Numbered from the stretch's first letter, positions 1 to 8,425 are shown. The stretch is DNA of 64,000 bases from Desulfococcaceae bacterium (GCA_046541495.1 JBKHDE010000003.1:513-64512); one strand, 5' to 3'. Numbers and translations are program-made. Notes: generated from the letters alone by a model not told the origin.

Positions 1-805
1 CGCCGATCTGGTGGATGACACACCCCCGCGCTATGACCTGGTCGCCCATCACCGGGATCATTACGTCATGAGCGGGGTCGGCGGAAAGATCGGGTTCGTG
101 GCCTCGGCCTTCGGGTGTACCCACCGCTGCTTCTTCTGTTCGGTCCCGGATATGACCGGGGGCCGGTATCTGACCCACTCCATCGATGCGGTGATTCGGG
201 ATATGGAGATGCTGGCCGACATCCCCCTGATCCGGCTGGTGGACGCCAACACCTTCGGGGACCCGGCGGTGGCCGAAACCCTGGCCCGACGGATTATCGA
301 GGCCGGGATGCAAAAGCCGCTGGTGGCCGATGTCCGCTCGGACACGGTGGTCCGTCGCCCGGACCTGTTCCGGCTCTGGAAGGAAGCCGGCCTGGCCACG
401 GCGGTGATCGGGTTCGAGGAGGTCACCGACGAGCGGCTGCGGGCCTACAATAAAAAAAATGATGTGGCGGTGAACATCCAGGCCATGAACATTTTAAAAG
501 AGCTGGGTATTCGCATTATCGGAGATTTTATCGTCTCCCCCGATTATACCGAAGCGGATTTCGATCGGCTGCAGGCGTTCGTGGAAGCACAGCCCATCGA
601 TCTGCCCATTCCCTCGATTCTGACCCCGGTGCCCGGCACCCCGCTTTATCGGCAGATGAAAGACCGAATCACCGTTCAGGATCTCGACTATTACACATTT
701 CTCAATGCGGTCGTCCCCACCCGGCTGCCCGAGAAGGTTTTTTACGAAACCTATTCCCGTTTACTGAAGCAGTGCCTGTCCCGGGCCGCACACGAAAAGA
801 ACTGA
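1..805 (+). CDS. radical SAM enzyme (5' end outside window)
   Basis: Frame is open from base 2 with no stop upstream of the GTG at 11. Fe-S motif CTHRCFFC (CxxxCxxC) followed by radical-SAM barrel-like sequence. Stop at 803-805. Confidence 0.8.
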   Translation, partial: ADLVDDTPPRYDLVAHHRDHYVMSGVGGKIGFVASAFGCTHRCFFCSVPDMTGGRYLTHSIDAVIRDMEMLADIPLIRLVDANTFGDPAVAETLARRIIEAGMQKPLVADVRSDTVVRRPDLFRLWKEAGLATAVIGFEEVTDERLRAYNKKNDVAVNIQAMNILKELGIRIIGDFIVSPDYTEADFDRLQAFVEAQPIDLPIPSILTPVPGTPLYRQMKDRITVQDLDYYTFLNAVVPTRLPEKVFYETYSRLLKQCLSRAAHEKN

Positions 806-818
806 GAGAAAATACGAA

Positions 819-1973
819 ATGACGGCGGTGTACATCAACGATGTATCGGCTTTCCTCCCCAATGGACCGGTCTCCAACGACGACATCGATCGGGTGCTGG
901 GGGAACTCCCCAATGTCGGGGCCAAGACCCGGCGAATCGTCCTCAAGAACAATAAAATCCGCACCCGATACTATGCGGTTGACCCGAAAACCGGCGCCCT
1001 GACCCATTCCAACGCCGAACTGGCGGCCGAGGCGGTTCGGCGACTCCATCCGGTCGCAAATTTCCAACCCGCGGATATCGAATGCCTCTGCTGCGGCACC
1101 GCCACCCCCGACCTGCTGCTGCCCGGCCACGGACTCATGGTTCTGGGCGAACTGGCGATTCCCGAATGCGATGTCATGACCGCCGCCGGCATCTGCATCT
1201 CCGGGATGACCGCCCTCAAGCACGGATACATGAATGTAGCCACCGGATCCAGCCGCAATGCGGTGGCCGTGGGCTCGGAACTGGCCTCCTCCCACACCCG
1301 GTCCGAATTCATGACGCCGCTGATGGACGCCGCCGAAGCCGAGGCCCTGGAAAAACGGCCGATCCATGCCTTTGACGCCGATTTTCTGCGGTGGATGCTC
1401 TCGGACGGGGCCGGCGCCGTCTACCTTTCCCCCGATCCAAATTCAGGAGGGATCGCCCTGCGAATCGACTGGATCGACCATATTTCCCTGGCCGGCCAAC
1501 TGGAAACCTGCATGTACGCCGGCGGCGTCAAGGAACCGGACGGAAAGGTCACCGGCTGGCGGAACCGGGAAAAAATCCCGGCGGAGGCCCGGCCCTGGCT
1601 GATGTCGATTCGGCAGGATATCAAGCTTCTGGACCGGGAGATCGTGGCCTCCATGGGACGGGTGCTCAAACGGGTGATCGACAAGCGCGGCCTGAAACCG
1701 AAGGCCGTCGATTGGTTTCTGCCCCACTACTCTTCGGCCTATTTCCGCCCCAAATTTTACGAGGAGATGGCCCGGATCGGGTTTGAAATTCCGGAAGAGA
1801 AATGGTTCACCAATCTATCGGAAAAGGGCAACACCGGCAGCGCCGCCATCTACATCATCCTGGCCGAGCTGTTCCATTCCGGCCGATTGACCCCCGGGGA
1901 GCGGCTGCTCTGTTTCATTCCCGAAAGCGGCCGCTTCGCCCACTGCTTCATGCATTTGACCGTGGTCGAGTGA
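819..1973 (+). CDS. FabH-like beta-ketoacyl-ACP synthase III family condensing enzyme/acyltransferase
   Basis: 384-aa ORF 13 nt after the radical SAM stop. Thiolase-fold KAS III pattern with candidate triad Cys (AAGICISGM), His (FLPHYSS), Asn (KGNTGSAA). Confidence 0.8.
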   Translation: MTAVYINDVSAFLPNGPVSNDDIDRVLGELPNVGAKTRRIVLKNNKIRTRYYAVDPKTGALTHSNAELAAEAVRRLHPVANFQPADIECLCCGTATPDLLLPGHGLMVLGELAIPECDVMTAAGICISGMTALKHGYMNVATGSSRNAVAVGSELASSHTRSEFMTPLMDAAEAEALEKRPIHAFDADFLRWMLSDGAGAVYLSPDPNSGGIALRIDWIDHISLAGQLETCMYAGGVKEPDGKVTGWRNREKIPAEARPWLMSIRQDIKLLDREIVASMGRVLKRVIDKRGLKPKAVDWFLPHYSSAYFRPKFYEEMARIGFEIPEEKWFTNLSEKGNTGSAAIYIILAELFHSGRLTPGERLLCFIPESGRFAHCFMHLTVVE

Positions 1974-1983
1974 TCGGTCCCGC

Positions 1984-3060
1984 TCAACCTTTCGCCAGGA
2001 CCACCCTTCCGTAGCCGCCGGCCCCGCCTAGTTTAAGGCACTGAATGCGGTCGGTTCCCAGAACCCGAGGTTCCAGAATCAGCTCGGGGCCTTCCGGCAG
2101 GGGGACCCCGCCGGCGGTGGAGGGGTAGATTCTTCCCTCTTGCAGACTCAGGGCGGCGACGGCGATGTCAAATCCCATCCCCACCGGCAGATTCCCGTAC
2201 AGATGGGAATAGACGGCCGCGGGTCCGGGAACCCACCGGCCGTATCCCGCCTCCCCGGAGGAGAGCCCGTCCGCGCCGATGAAGCAGATATCCTCTGATG
2301 AGACCGTCGGCAGCCGCCCGTGGCCGCTTCCGGTGGATACTTCGTGCACGACCCCGTATCGGGATGGGCGGTCGGTCTTTCCGGAGAGCAGAAAAAAGAC
2401 GCTTCCCTCGCCCACCGCCGCGGGAACCGGGCCTGAATTCGAATCCCGGTCTTCTGGAAATCGGCACTGCCGGTGAAAAGCGGTTATTCGGGCGAAATCA
2501 TCCACCCCGCCCACCAGGACCCTTTCCACCCGCCCCTCGGTCAACCAGTGGTCGGCCGTCAGAAAGGCCAGCGGAATCGACAGATCGAATTGATTGATGG
2601 ACAGATTGGGTCCCCGGGTCTTTAAAAAGGCGGCGATGTGGGCCCCCGCGGCATTATGGACCGAATTGGAAAACCGAATGGGGGAAAAGGACCGAATATC
2701 CCCCTCGGTGCAGAGTTCCTGAAAATCGAAGGTATTGCAGGTGGAACCATACCCGGTGGCCACGATGATCCCCAGGGATTCGGGAAGAGAATCGGCAATG
2801 CCGGCATCCGAAAGGGCCATTCGACATCCCAGAAGGGCCATTCGGGTGTGGTGATCGGTCCGACGCAGGGCCCGGCGGTCGACCATCCCCCCGAGCGCAG
2901 AGGTGTCGGCCGGCAGCATCGGCACTCGAACCTCTCCCTGAAGAGTGGCCATGGAAAAAAATTCGGCCCGGCCTCGTCCCTCGGCCAGAGCCGCCGCCAT
3001 ATCGGACAGCCCGCAGCCGAATCCGCCCACCACCCCGATGCCCTCGATACCGACCCTCAT
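1984..3060 (-). CDS. ketosynthase-like subunit lacking catalytic Cys/His/His (chain-length-factor-like partner of the adjacent KS)
   Basis: ATG at 3060-3058 overlaps the TGA of the upstream KS (ATGA). Starts MRVGIEGIGVVGG. In ungapped alignment to the neighbouring KS, INQFDLS replaces VTACSAG; the HGTGT and GHTLGAAG histidine motifs are absent. The longer track ORF (to 3237) is an Arg/Gly-rich extension inside the KS gene. Confidence 0.75.
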   Translation of the reverse strand: MRVGIEGIGVVGGFGCGLSDMAAALAEGRGRAEFFSMATLQGEVRVPMLPADTSALGGMVDRRALRRTDHHTRMALLGCRMALSDAGIADSLPESLGIIVATGYGSTCNTFDFQELCTEGDIRSFSPIRFSNSVHNAAGAHIAAFLKTRGPNLSINQFDLSIPLAFLTADHWLTEGRVERVLVGGVDDFARITAFHRQCRFPEDRDSNSGPVPAAVGEGSVFFLLSGKTDRPSRYGVVHEVSTGSGHGRLPTVSSEDICFIGADGLSSGEAGYGRWVPGPAAVYSHLYGNLPVGMGFDIAVAALSLQEGRIYPSTAGGVPLPEGPELILEPRVLGTDRIQCLKLGGAGGYGRVVLAKG

Positions 3061-4262
3061 TTTACCCCCTTTTCCGCCCCCAGTATAAGCGCCGCATTGT
3101 TGCCGCCGAAGGCCAGGGTTTCGGAAAGCGCCGCAGCGCCGCGGACCGGGGTGGTTCGGGAGACCGGAGACGCCGGCAGCTCCGGATCGGAGTGAGTGAA
3201 TCCGGCACTGGGCGGAATCCGGCCCCGCTCCAGGCATCCCAAGGTAAAAGCCGCCTCCACCGCTCCGGCCGCGCCCAGGGTATGACCGGTGAATCCCTTG
3301 GTGGAAAGAAAGGGAATTCCGGGAAACAGGGCATCAAAAAGCCGGGATTCGATCCGGTCGTTGTCGGGGGTGCCGGTGCCGTGGGCATTGATGAAGGCGA
3401 GGGCCGAGGGCGAAATTCCGCTCGATTCCAGGGCGTCCCGAACCGCCAAGTGAAGCCCCTTTCCCTCGGGATCGGGGGTGGTGAGGTGAAAGGCGTCGCC
3501 GGCGGTGCCGTAGCCCAGGATCCATCCCCTCGGCGTCGCGCCGCGCTCCTGAAGAACCGCCTCGGATTCCAGAATGAACAGGGCCGCCCCTTCCCCCAGA
3601 TTGAGCCCCTTCCGGTCCGCATCAAAGGGTTTGCAGGCGCTGCTGTCGCTGTTCATCAGGGAAATGAACCCGTTGTAGGTGATTTCGTAAAGCTCGTCGG
3701 CCCCGCCCGCCAGGACCAGATCGCAAAGCCCCATGCGAATCCAGGAGGCCGCCAGCCCAAGGGCGTCGGTGCCGGCCGAGCAGGCGGTGACCACCGTCTC
3801 CAGGGGGCCGCAGAGTTCAAATTCCCGGGCCAGCCCCACTGCCGGATTGGAGGCGGAAAATCGGTCCGCCGGGGTGGGATAATCGCTGTCGCAGGCGCCG
3901 GTTTTGCCGAACAGCTCCGGATTGCTCACCGAACCGGCCACATTGGAGCCGATGCAGACCCCCACCCGTTTCCGCTTTAAAATTCCGCGGTCCAGCCCGG
4001 CATCGGCACAGGCTTCATGAGCGGCGGTCAGGGCCAGCCGAACGGTGCGGGACCGGGGAGCGGACCGGAACCGGCCCGGAATCCAGAACCCCTCCGCCAC
4101 CTCGAAGACCGGATATCCCGGATCCGGGTCCGCGGGAAACCGCGAGGGCAGCACCGGAAAGCGCTCCCCCCGAAACAGAAAATCGAGGCAGGCATTCAGG
4201 GTCAGACCGGCCGAGCAGAGGCATCCGATGCCGGTGACCGCCACAGGCGCGGCCGGTTTCAT
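3057..4262 (-). CDS. beta-ketoacyl-ACP synthase (FabF/KS-alpha type)
   Basis: 401 aa with catalytic motifs VVTACSAGTDA (Cys), NAHGTGTPDND (His), GHTLGAAG (His). ATG at 4262 overlaps the ACP stop (ATGA). Confidence 0.9.
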   Translation of the reverse strand: MKPAAPVAVTGIGCLCSAGLTLNACLDFLFRGERFPVLPSRFPADPDPGYPVFEVAEGFWIPGRFRSAPRSRTVRLALTAAHEACADAGLDRGILKRKRVGVCIGSNVAGSVSNPELFGKTGACDSDYPTPADRFSASNPAVGLAREFELCGPLETVVTACSAGTDALGLAASWIRMGLCDLVLAGGADELYEITYNGFISLMNSDSSACKPFDADRKGLNLGEGAALFILESEAVLQERGATPRGWILGYGTAGDAFHLTTPDPEGKGLHLAVRDALESSGISPSALAFINAHGTGTPDNDRIESRLFDALFPGIPFLSTKGFTGHTLGAAGAVEAAFTLGCLERGRIPPSAGFTHSDPELPASPVSRTTPVRGAAALSETLAFGGNNAALILGAEKGVK

Positions 4263-4546
4263 GCAGCCCGATGCTTTTCGATGAATTCGGACAGGGTATT
4301 GATGGACTGGAGAACCTTTCGGCCTTCTTTCATGTCGCGGATGACCACGCCGAAATGGGCCTTGATCTGAAAAACCACTTCGACCGCATCAATGGAATCG
4401 AGGCCGAACTTGTCTCCGAAGAGCGGATCATCGTCTTCGATCTCCCAGGGGTTCACATCCACCAGATTGAGTTCCTGGATGAGCATGATTTTCAGAGACT
4501 GTTTTAGACCGGGGGGGGATAGTTTGGATTTGGCAAGCTGGTTCAT
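4259..4546 (-). CDS. acyl carrier protein
   Basis: 95-aa product from ATG 4546 (MNQLAKSK...) with phosphopantetheine site FGLDSIDAVEVV. The upstream part of the 145-aa track ORF is Arg-rich and overlaps the neighbouring gene. Confidence 0.85.
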   Translation of the reverse strand: MNQLAKSKLSPPGLKQSLKIMLIQELNLVDVNPWEIEDDDPLFGDKFGLDSIDAVEVVFQIKAHFGVVIRDMKEGRKVLQSINTLSEFIEKHRAA

Positions 4547-4613
4547 AGATAATGATCGTGAATTTAAGGTTGTGAAAGCATTCCGCTTCGGAAAAACAAA
4601 AGAATCATGAACA

Positions 4614-5639
4614 TCACCGGACCGCATCTTCCAGGTCCGTAAACAGCGCCGCTTCCCGGTCCGCGCAATCCCGAAGAATGTCGGCCAGTGCCGCATAGCT
4701 TTCGGTTTCCGAGGCCCGGGCTTTGCAGATGCGGGAGCCGATGACGGCGAAATCGCGCCAGCGGTCGCCGATCTCGGTCATTCGGTCGGAGAGTTCGGAA
4801 AGCTCGGGAAGGGCCAGAATCGGGGCGGCTTCCTGAAGAAAAGCGGCGTAGATAAACCGGAACCCGGCGCCGCCGGTGCCGATCTCCTCCTGCATGCGGA
4901 TGATCTGACCGAGATGGAGGGCGGCCCGGCGGTCCCCCAGTTTGGCGGGCCGGTTTTCGAGCTTTTTGGCCAGATACCGAATGCCCTTGGCGCCGATAAA
5001 AGGTCCGGGCACCCGGAGCATGGACCGGCAAACCTCTTTGATGCCTTTTTGCACCGCCCCGGCCAGATCCATCTCGTCGGCCCCGGGCACATGGGCCACA
5101 TGGTACATCCGGCCTTTGGGGGCCATGGATCCTCTGGCGAACCGGGCCTTGGCCAGGTCTTCGGCCGGGCAGTCCACCGGGTCGGGAAAAACCGGATCGC
5201 TGATGCGATAGCTGCCGTTGTTTTTGCCGAAGGCCACCAGGTTGTGCATGTTGAAATGGAACCGGTATCGGGGCGGAAAATAGCTGAGCCAGTAGGCCCC
5301 GGTGCGGCATCCCACCGGAATCCCCGCCTCCAGCATTCGGTCCAGGGCCGCCATGGCTTTGTCCGGACTTCTGAACTTTTGCCATTCCAGCCGAATCCCC
5401 AGCCGCTTGGTGGTTCGGCTCATGATTCCGCCGGTGGCGATCCGGTAGGCGGTGAGGGGCAGTTTATTGAGCCGGACAAATGGAAAATAGCCGAAAAACA
5501 GTCCGGAACCGATGCCGAACACCATGGCTTCGCTGATCTCCAGCCCGTGGTGAGATACCAGATTCGATAAAACACCGGTTTCGCAATGGGCCGACTGCCG
5601 GTGGTGAAAGGGAATTTCAATGGCGGTGCTGTCATTCAT
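4614..5639 (-). CDS. BtrH_N-like / DUF4872-like protein (putative ACP-dependent acyltransferase, cysteine-peptidase fold)
   Basis: N-terminus HHRQSAHCETGVLSNLVSHHGLEISEAMVFGIGSGLFFGYF matches my recollection of the butirosin BtrH N-terminal domain, with a conserved Cys. ATG 5639 (MNDSTAIE) overlaps the upstream gene end by 8 nt; ATG 5672 is an alternative start. Confidence 0.65.
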   Translation of the reverse strand: MNDSTAIEIPFHHRQSAHCETGVLSNLVSHHGLEISEAMVFGIGSGLFFGYFPFVRLNKLPLTAYRIATGGIMSRTTKRLGIRLEWQKFRSPDKAMAALDRMLEAGIPVGCRTGAYWLSYFPPRYRFHFNMHNLVAFGKNNGSYRISDPVFPDPVDCPAEDLAKARFARGSMAPKGRMYHVAHVPGADEMDLAGAVQKGIKEVCRSMLRVPGPFIGAKGIRYLAKKLENRPAKLGDRRAALHLGQIIRMQEEIGTGGAGFRFIYAAFLQEAAPILALPELSELSDRMTEIGDRWRDFAVIGSRICKARASETESYAALADILRDCADREAALFTDLEDAVR

Positions 5640-6051
5640 GGGGGTTGATTTCCGCTGTTTCCGGCACTTCATGAAGCTGGGCCACGGTGATGCCGAAAAT
5701 GCCGGCGTAGCGCGCTTTCAACTCGGCGGAGAGCCGCCGGAAGACCTTGGGTTTAAGATGTCGCCGGACCCGCCACCGGGGCAGGTCCGCATAGCTGGAT
5801 AGAAGTCCGATGTCCATCAGGTTCCGGGTCATGTGATAGGCCAGCGGGCTCCGCTTTCCGGACCTGATCAGTCGAATCTGCTCGCGAAGGTCCTCCTCGA
5901 TCACTTCCCAGGCCTGGTCGTTGGCCACGGTTTTGGGTTCCCATCCCCGGCTTTGGACCAGAACGTACCGGCCGTTTTCATCCACTGCGTAGGAAATTTC
6001 CCGGACGCCGTCGCTGAAACCCCGGTCTTGGGGTACCTCATCTTTCTTCAT
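5632..6051 (-). CDS. hypothetical protein (possible degenerate HTH at C-terminus)
   Basis: 139-aa ORF, first gene of the minus-strand operon. Coding-like composition. C-terminal LSAELKARYAGIFGITVAQLHEV is HTH-like. No family recognised. Confidence 0.6.
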   Translation of the reverse strand: MKKDEVPQDRGFSDGVREISYAVDENGRYVLVQSRGWEPKTVANDQAWEVIEEDLREQIRLIRSGKRSPLAYHMTRNLMDIGLLSSYADLPRWRVRRHLKPKVFRRLSAELKARYAGIFGITVAQLHEVPETAEINPHE

Positions 6052-6107
6052 GCGTTTCTTTTCGGCGGTGCCGTGCCGCCGGCTTTTTAGGTACGGCGGT
6101 TTTGGGG

Positions 6108-6136
6108 TTGACGGGTTCTTTTGAAAAATTTAAAAT
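6108..6136 (+). promoter_or_regulatory. sigma70-type promoter for the thioesterase/DAK2-DegV operon
   Basis: TTGACG (6108-6113), 17-nt spacer, TAAAAT (6131-6136). Confidence 0.4.
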
Positions 6137-6162
6137 ATCGCGAAAATTTGATTGAATGTCAA
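6134..6162 (-). promoter_or_regulatory. sigma70-type promoter for the hypothetical/BtrH/ACP/KS operon
   Basis: On the minus strand: TTGACA (6162-6157), 17-nt spacer, GATATT (6139-6134). The -10 boxes of the two divergent promoters overlap. Confidence 0.35.
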
Positions 6163-6275
6163 TCGTTTATGTTACACTTTCCGAGCGATCGCATCATCGG
6201 ATCGCTTATCCGATTGAATTTAAACCTATTCCGGCAACAGACGGCCGAACACGATATTCAAGGCGGCAACCGAAT

Positions 6276-6689
6276 ATGACAGCAGGCAGAAGCCATGAAG
6301 TGCAGCTGCGGGTTCCTTTTCACGATCTCGATCCCATGGAAGTGGTATGGCACGGGAATTATCTTAAATACTTCGATATCGCCCGCTTCGCCCTGTTCCG
6401 GGAAGGCGGCATCGATCTCTACCGCTACTCCCGAAAGCACGGCATCCTGTTTCCGGTCATCAAGACCGCCACCAAACACATCATCTCTCTGCGCTATGGG
6501 GAGGCGTTTCGGGTTCGGGCCACGGCCCGGGAGGCCGCCATCAAGATCGTCCTCGACTTCGAAATTCACCGAATCGCCGACGGTCAGACCTGCGCCAAAG
6601 GCCGGGGAGAACAGGTGGCGGTGAAACTCCCGGAGATGGAGACCCTTTACGAAGTCCCGGCGGACATCCGCCGGTGTCTGAACCTCTGA
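6276..6689 (+). CDS. hotdog-fold acyl-CoA/acyl-ACP thioesterase (4HBT/YbgC-like)
   Basis: HEVQLRVPFHDLDPMEVVWHGNYLKYFDIAR is the typical 4HBT N-terminal motif. ATG 6276 is preceded by GGCGG. The track start at 6156 would add 40 non-conserved-looking residues directly at the promoter. Confidence 0.8.
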   Translation: MTAGRSHEVQLRVPFHDLDPMEVVWHGNYLKYFDIARFALFREGGIDLYRYSRKHGILFPVIKTATKHIISLRYGEAFRVRATAREAAIKIVLDFEIHRIADGQTCAKGRGEQVAVKLPEMETLYEVPADIRRCLNL

Positions 6690-6691
6690 TC

Positions 6692-8425
6692 ATGGACGAA
6701 CCGATTCGAAACGGACTGGTGGCGGGCACAGAGCGGTTGACCGCCTGGGCCGATCTTCTGGACGGCATCAATGTCTTTCCGGTGGCGGACGGGGATACCG
6801 GCCGCAACCTGGTGGCCAGCCTGTCGCCCCTTCGCCGCATGACCGGTGATCCCGAAGAAACCGCCCGGCTTCTGCTCATGGCGGCCCGGGGCAATTCCGG
6901 AAACATCGCGGCCCGGTTTCTTTCGGAATTTATTTGCATGAACGGCAAGGGAGACCTGTTCCCCGCCGCCCAAAAGGGCCGGGATGCGGCCCGGGAGGCG
7001 GTGAAAGACCCCAAACCCGGCACCATGCTGACCCTCTTCGACGCCCTGGTGGAAGTGCTGCAAAAGGAGGCATCGGAACGTCGTCTATCGGCCACGGCGG
7101 TTATCGATCATCTCTCCGAAGCGGTCCTTCAAACCACGACCCTGCTGCCGGTGTTGGAATCGGCCGGGGTGGTGGATGCCGGCGCATTGGGAATGTTTCT
7201 GCTGTTCGAGGGATTTTTCGAATCCCTGGTCGGGGACGAATGGTTGTTTACGCCCCTGAACCGAAGATTCCCCAACCGGCTCCAAATCTCCCCCGATTAT
7301 CAGGCCCGGTCTCAGACCGGCCATTGCATCCAGGCACGGCTTCGACTGAACCACCGGACCGGCGATACCGACGAAAGCATCGCCGCCCTGGGAGACAGCG
7401 TGGTGGTCACCCCGGATCGGGATTCCATTCAGGTCCACTTTCATACCTCGGACCGAACCGCGGCCCGGTCTCGAATGGAAGCCCTGGGCCGGCTGACGGA
7501 CTGGTCCGAAGAGGCGTTGACGGATGATGCGGTCTCGGCTCCCCTGAACCCCGCCGCCGGTCCCATTCACCTGATGACGGACGCCGCCGGTTCCCTCACC
7601 CGGTCGAATGCCCGGCGCCTGGGAATGACGCTGCTGGACAGCTATCTTCTGGTGGGGGATAAAAGCCTTCCCGAAACCCATTATTCGCCGGAATCGGTCT
7701 ATGCGGCCATGCGCAGCGGGGTTCCGGTCTCCACCTCCCAGGCCTCGATCTTTGAACGAAGCCAGCATTACCAGAGCGTATTGGACCGCCACCATCGGGT
7801 TCTCTACCTGTGCGTGGGTTCGGTCTACACCGGAAATTATGAGGCGGCCGTCTCCTGGAAGGCGAAGCATGACCCGGGAAACCGGCTGACGGTTCTGGAT
7901 ACCGGTGCGGCCTCGGGCCGCCTGGCCGCCATGGTCCTGGCCACGGTTGGTTACGCGCAACAGACGGATGATCCCGAGGCGGTGATCCGATTTGCAAAAG
8001 CCATGGTCCCCCATTGCGAGGAATACCTGTTTCTGGACCGGCTTCATTATCTGGCAGCCGGCGGACGGCTTTCCAAAACCGGGGCTTTTTTCGGCGACAT
8101 GCTCCACCTGAAGCCGGTGATCACCCCCACCGCCCAGGGGGCCAAAAAGGTCGGCATGGTCCGGGACCGGAAGGCCCAGTTGGCGTTCGCCCTGGACAAG
8201 CTGGAACAGGCCCTGAGAAACGGCCCCCCCGCACTGGTTTTGCTGGAATATTCGGACAACCGGGAGTGGGTCGAGACGGAGGTTCAAGAAACCATCGGAC
8301 GCCACTGCCCCGGATCGGAGATTCGATCCATTCCGCTCTCCCTCACCTCCGGGGCCCACATGGGGCCGGGCACCTGGGGAATGGCTTTCTGCCGGGAACC
8401 GCACCCCGACACCGGACTCGCATAA
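6692..8425 (+). CDS. DAK2 (DhaL/FakA-N-like) domain fused to a DegV (FakB-like) fatty-acid-binding domain
   Basis: N-terminal INVFPVADGDTGRNL is the DhaL/FakA nucleotide-binding motif. The C-terminal ~290 aa carry DegV hallmarks (IHLMTDAAGSL, VSTSQAS, LHYLAAGGRLSK, LHLKPVI, SGAHMGPGTWGMAF). ATG 6692 lies 2 nt after the thioesterase stop. Confidence 0.85.
   Translation: MDEPIRNGLVAGTERLTAWADLLDGINVFPVADGDTGRNLVASLSPLRRMTGDPEETARLLLMAARGNSGNIAARFLSEFICMNGKGDLFPAAQKGRDAAREAVKDPKPGTMLTLFDALVEVLQKEASERRLSATAVIDHLSEAVLQTTTLLPVLESAGVVDAGALGMFLLFEGFFESLVGDEWLFTPLNRRFPNRLQISPDYQARSQTGHCIQARLRLNHRTGDTDESIAALGDSVVVTPDRDSIQVHFHTSDRTAARSRMEALGRLTDWSEEALTDDAVSAPLNPAAGPIHLMTDAAGSLTRSNARRLGMTLLDSYLLVGDKSLPETHYSPESVYAAMRSGVPVSTSQASIFERSQHYQSVLDRHHRVLYLCVGSVYTGNYEAAVSWKAKHDPGNRLTVLDTGAASGRLAAMVLATVGYAQQTDDPEAVIRFAKAMVPHCEEYLFLDRLHYLAAGGRLSKTGAFFGDMLHLKPVITPTAQGAKKVGMVRDRKAQLAFALDKLEQALRNGPPALVLLEYSDNREWVETEVQETIGRHCPGSEIRSIPLSLTSGAHMGPGTWGMAFCREPHPDTGLA

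Noticed and set aside
3061-3237. 59-codon N-terminal extension of the KS-like ORF. The same issue applies to extensions of the ACP (4547-4696), metallophosphoesterase (10519-10932), lipoprotein (11519-11785), rpoA (23109-23216), rpmD (27150-27203), rpsL (37921-38019), rpoB (46638-46706), rplJ (47764-47871) and rplA (48684-48815).
   Set aside because: The extensions overlap upstream genes or promoters and look non-protein-like. Internal starts coincide with conserved N-termini, SD sequences or ATGA coupling.
6156-6275. Track start (ATG 6156) for the thioesterase ORF, adding 40 N-terminal residues.
   Set aside because: It has no SD and lies within or next to the predicted promoter and transcription start. 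The hotdog-fold motif begins right after the ATG at 6276, which has a GGCGG upstream.
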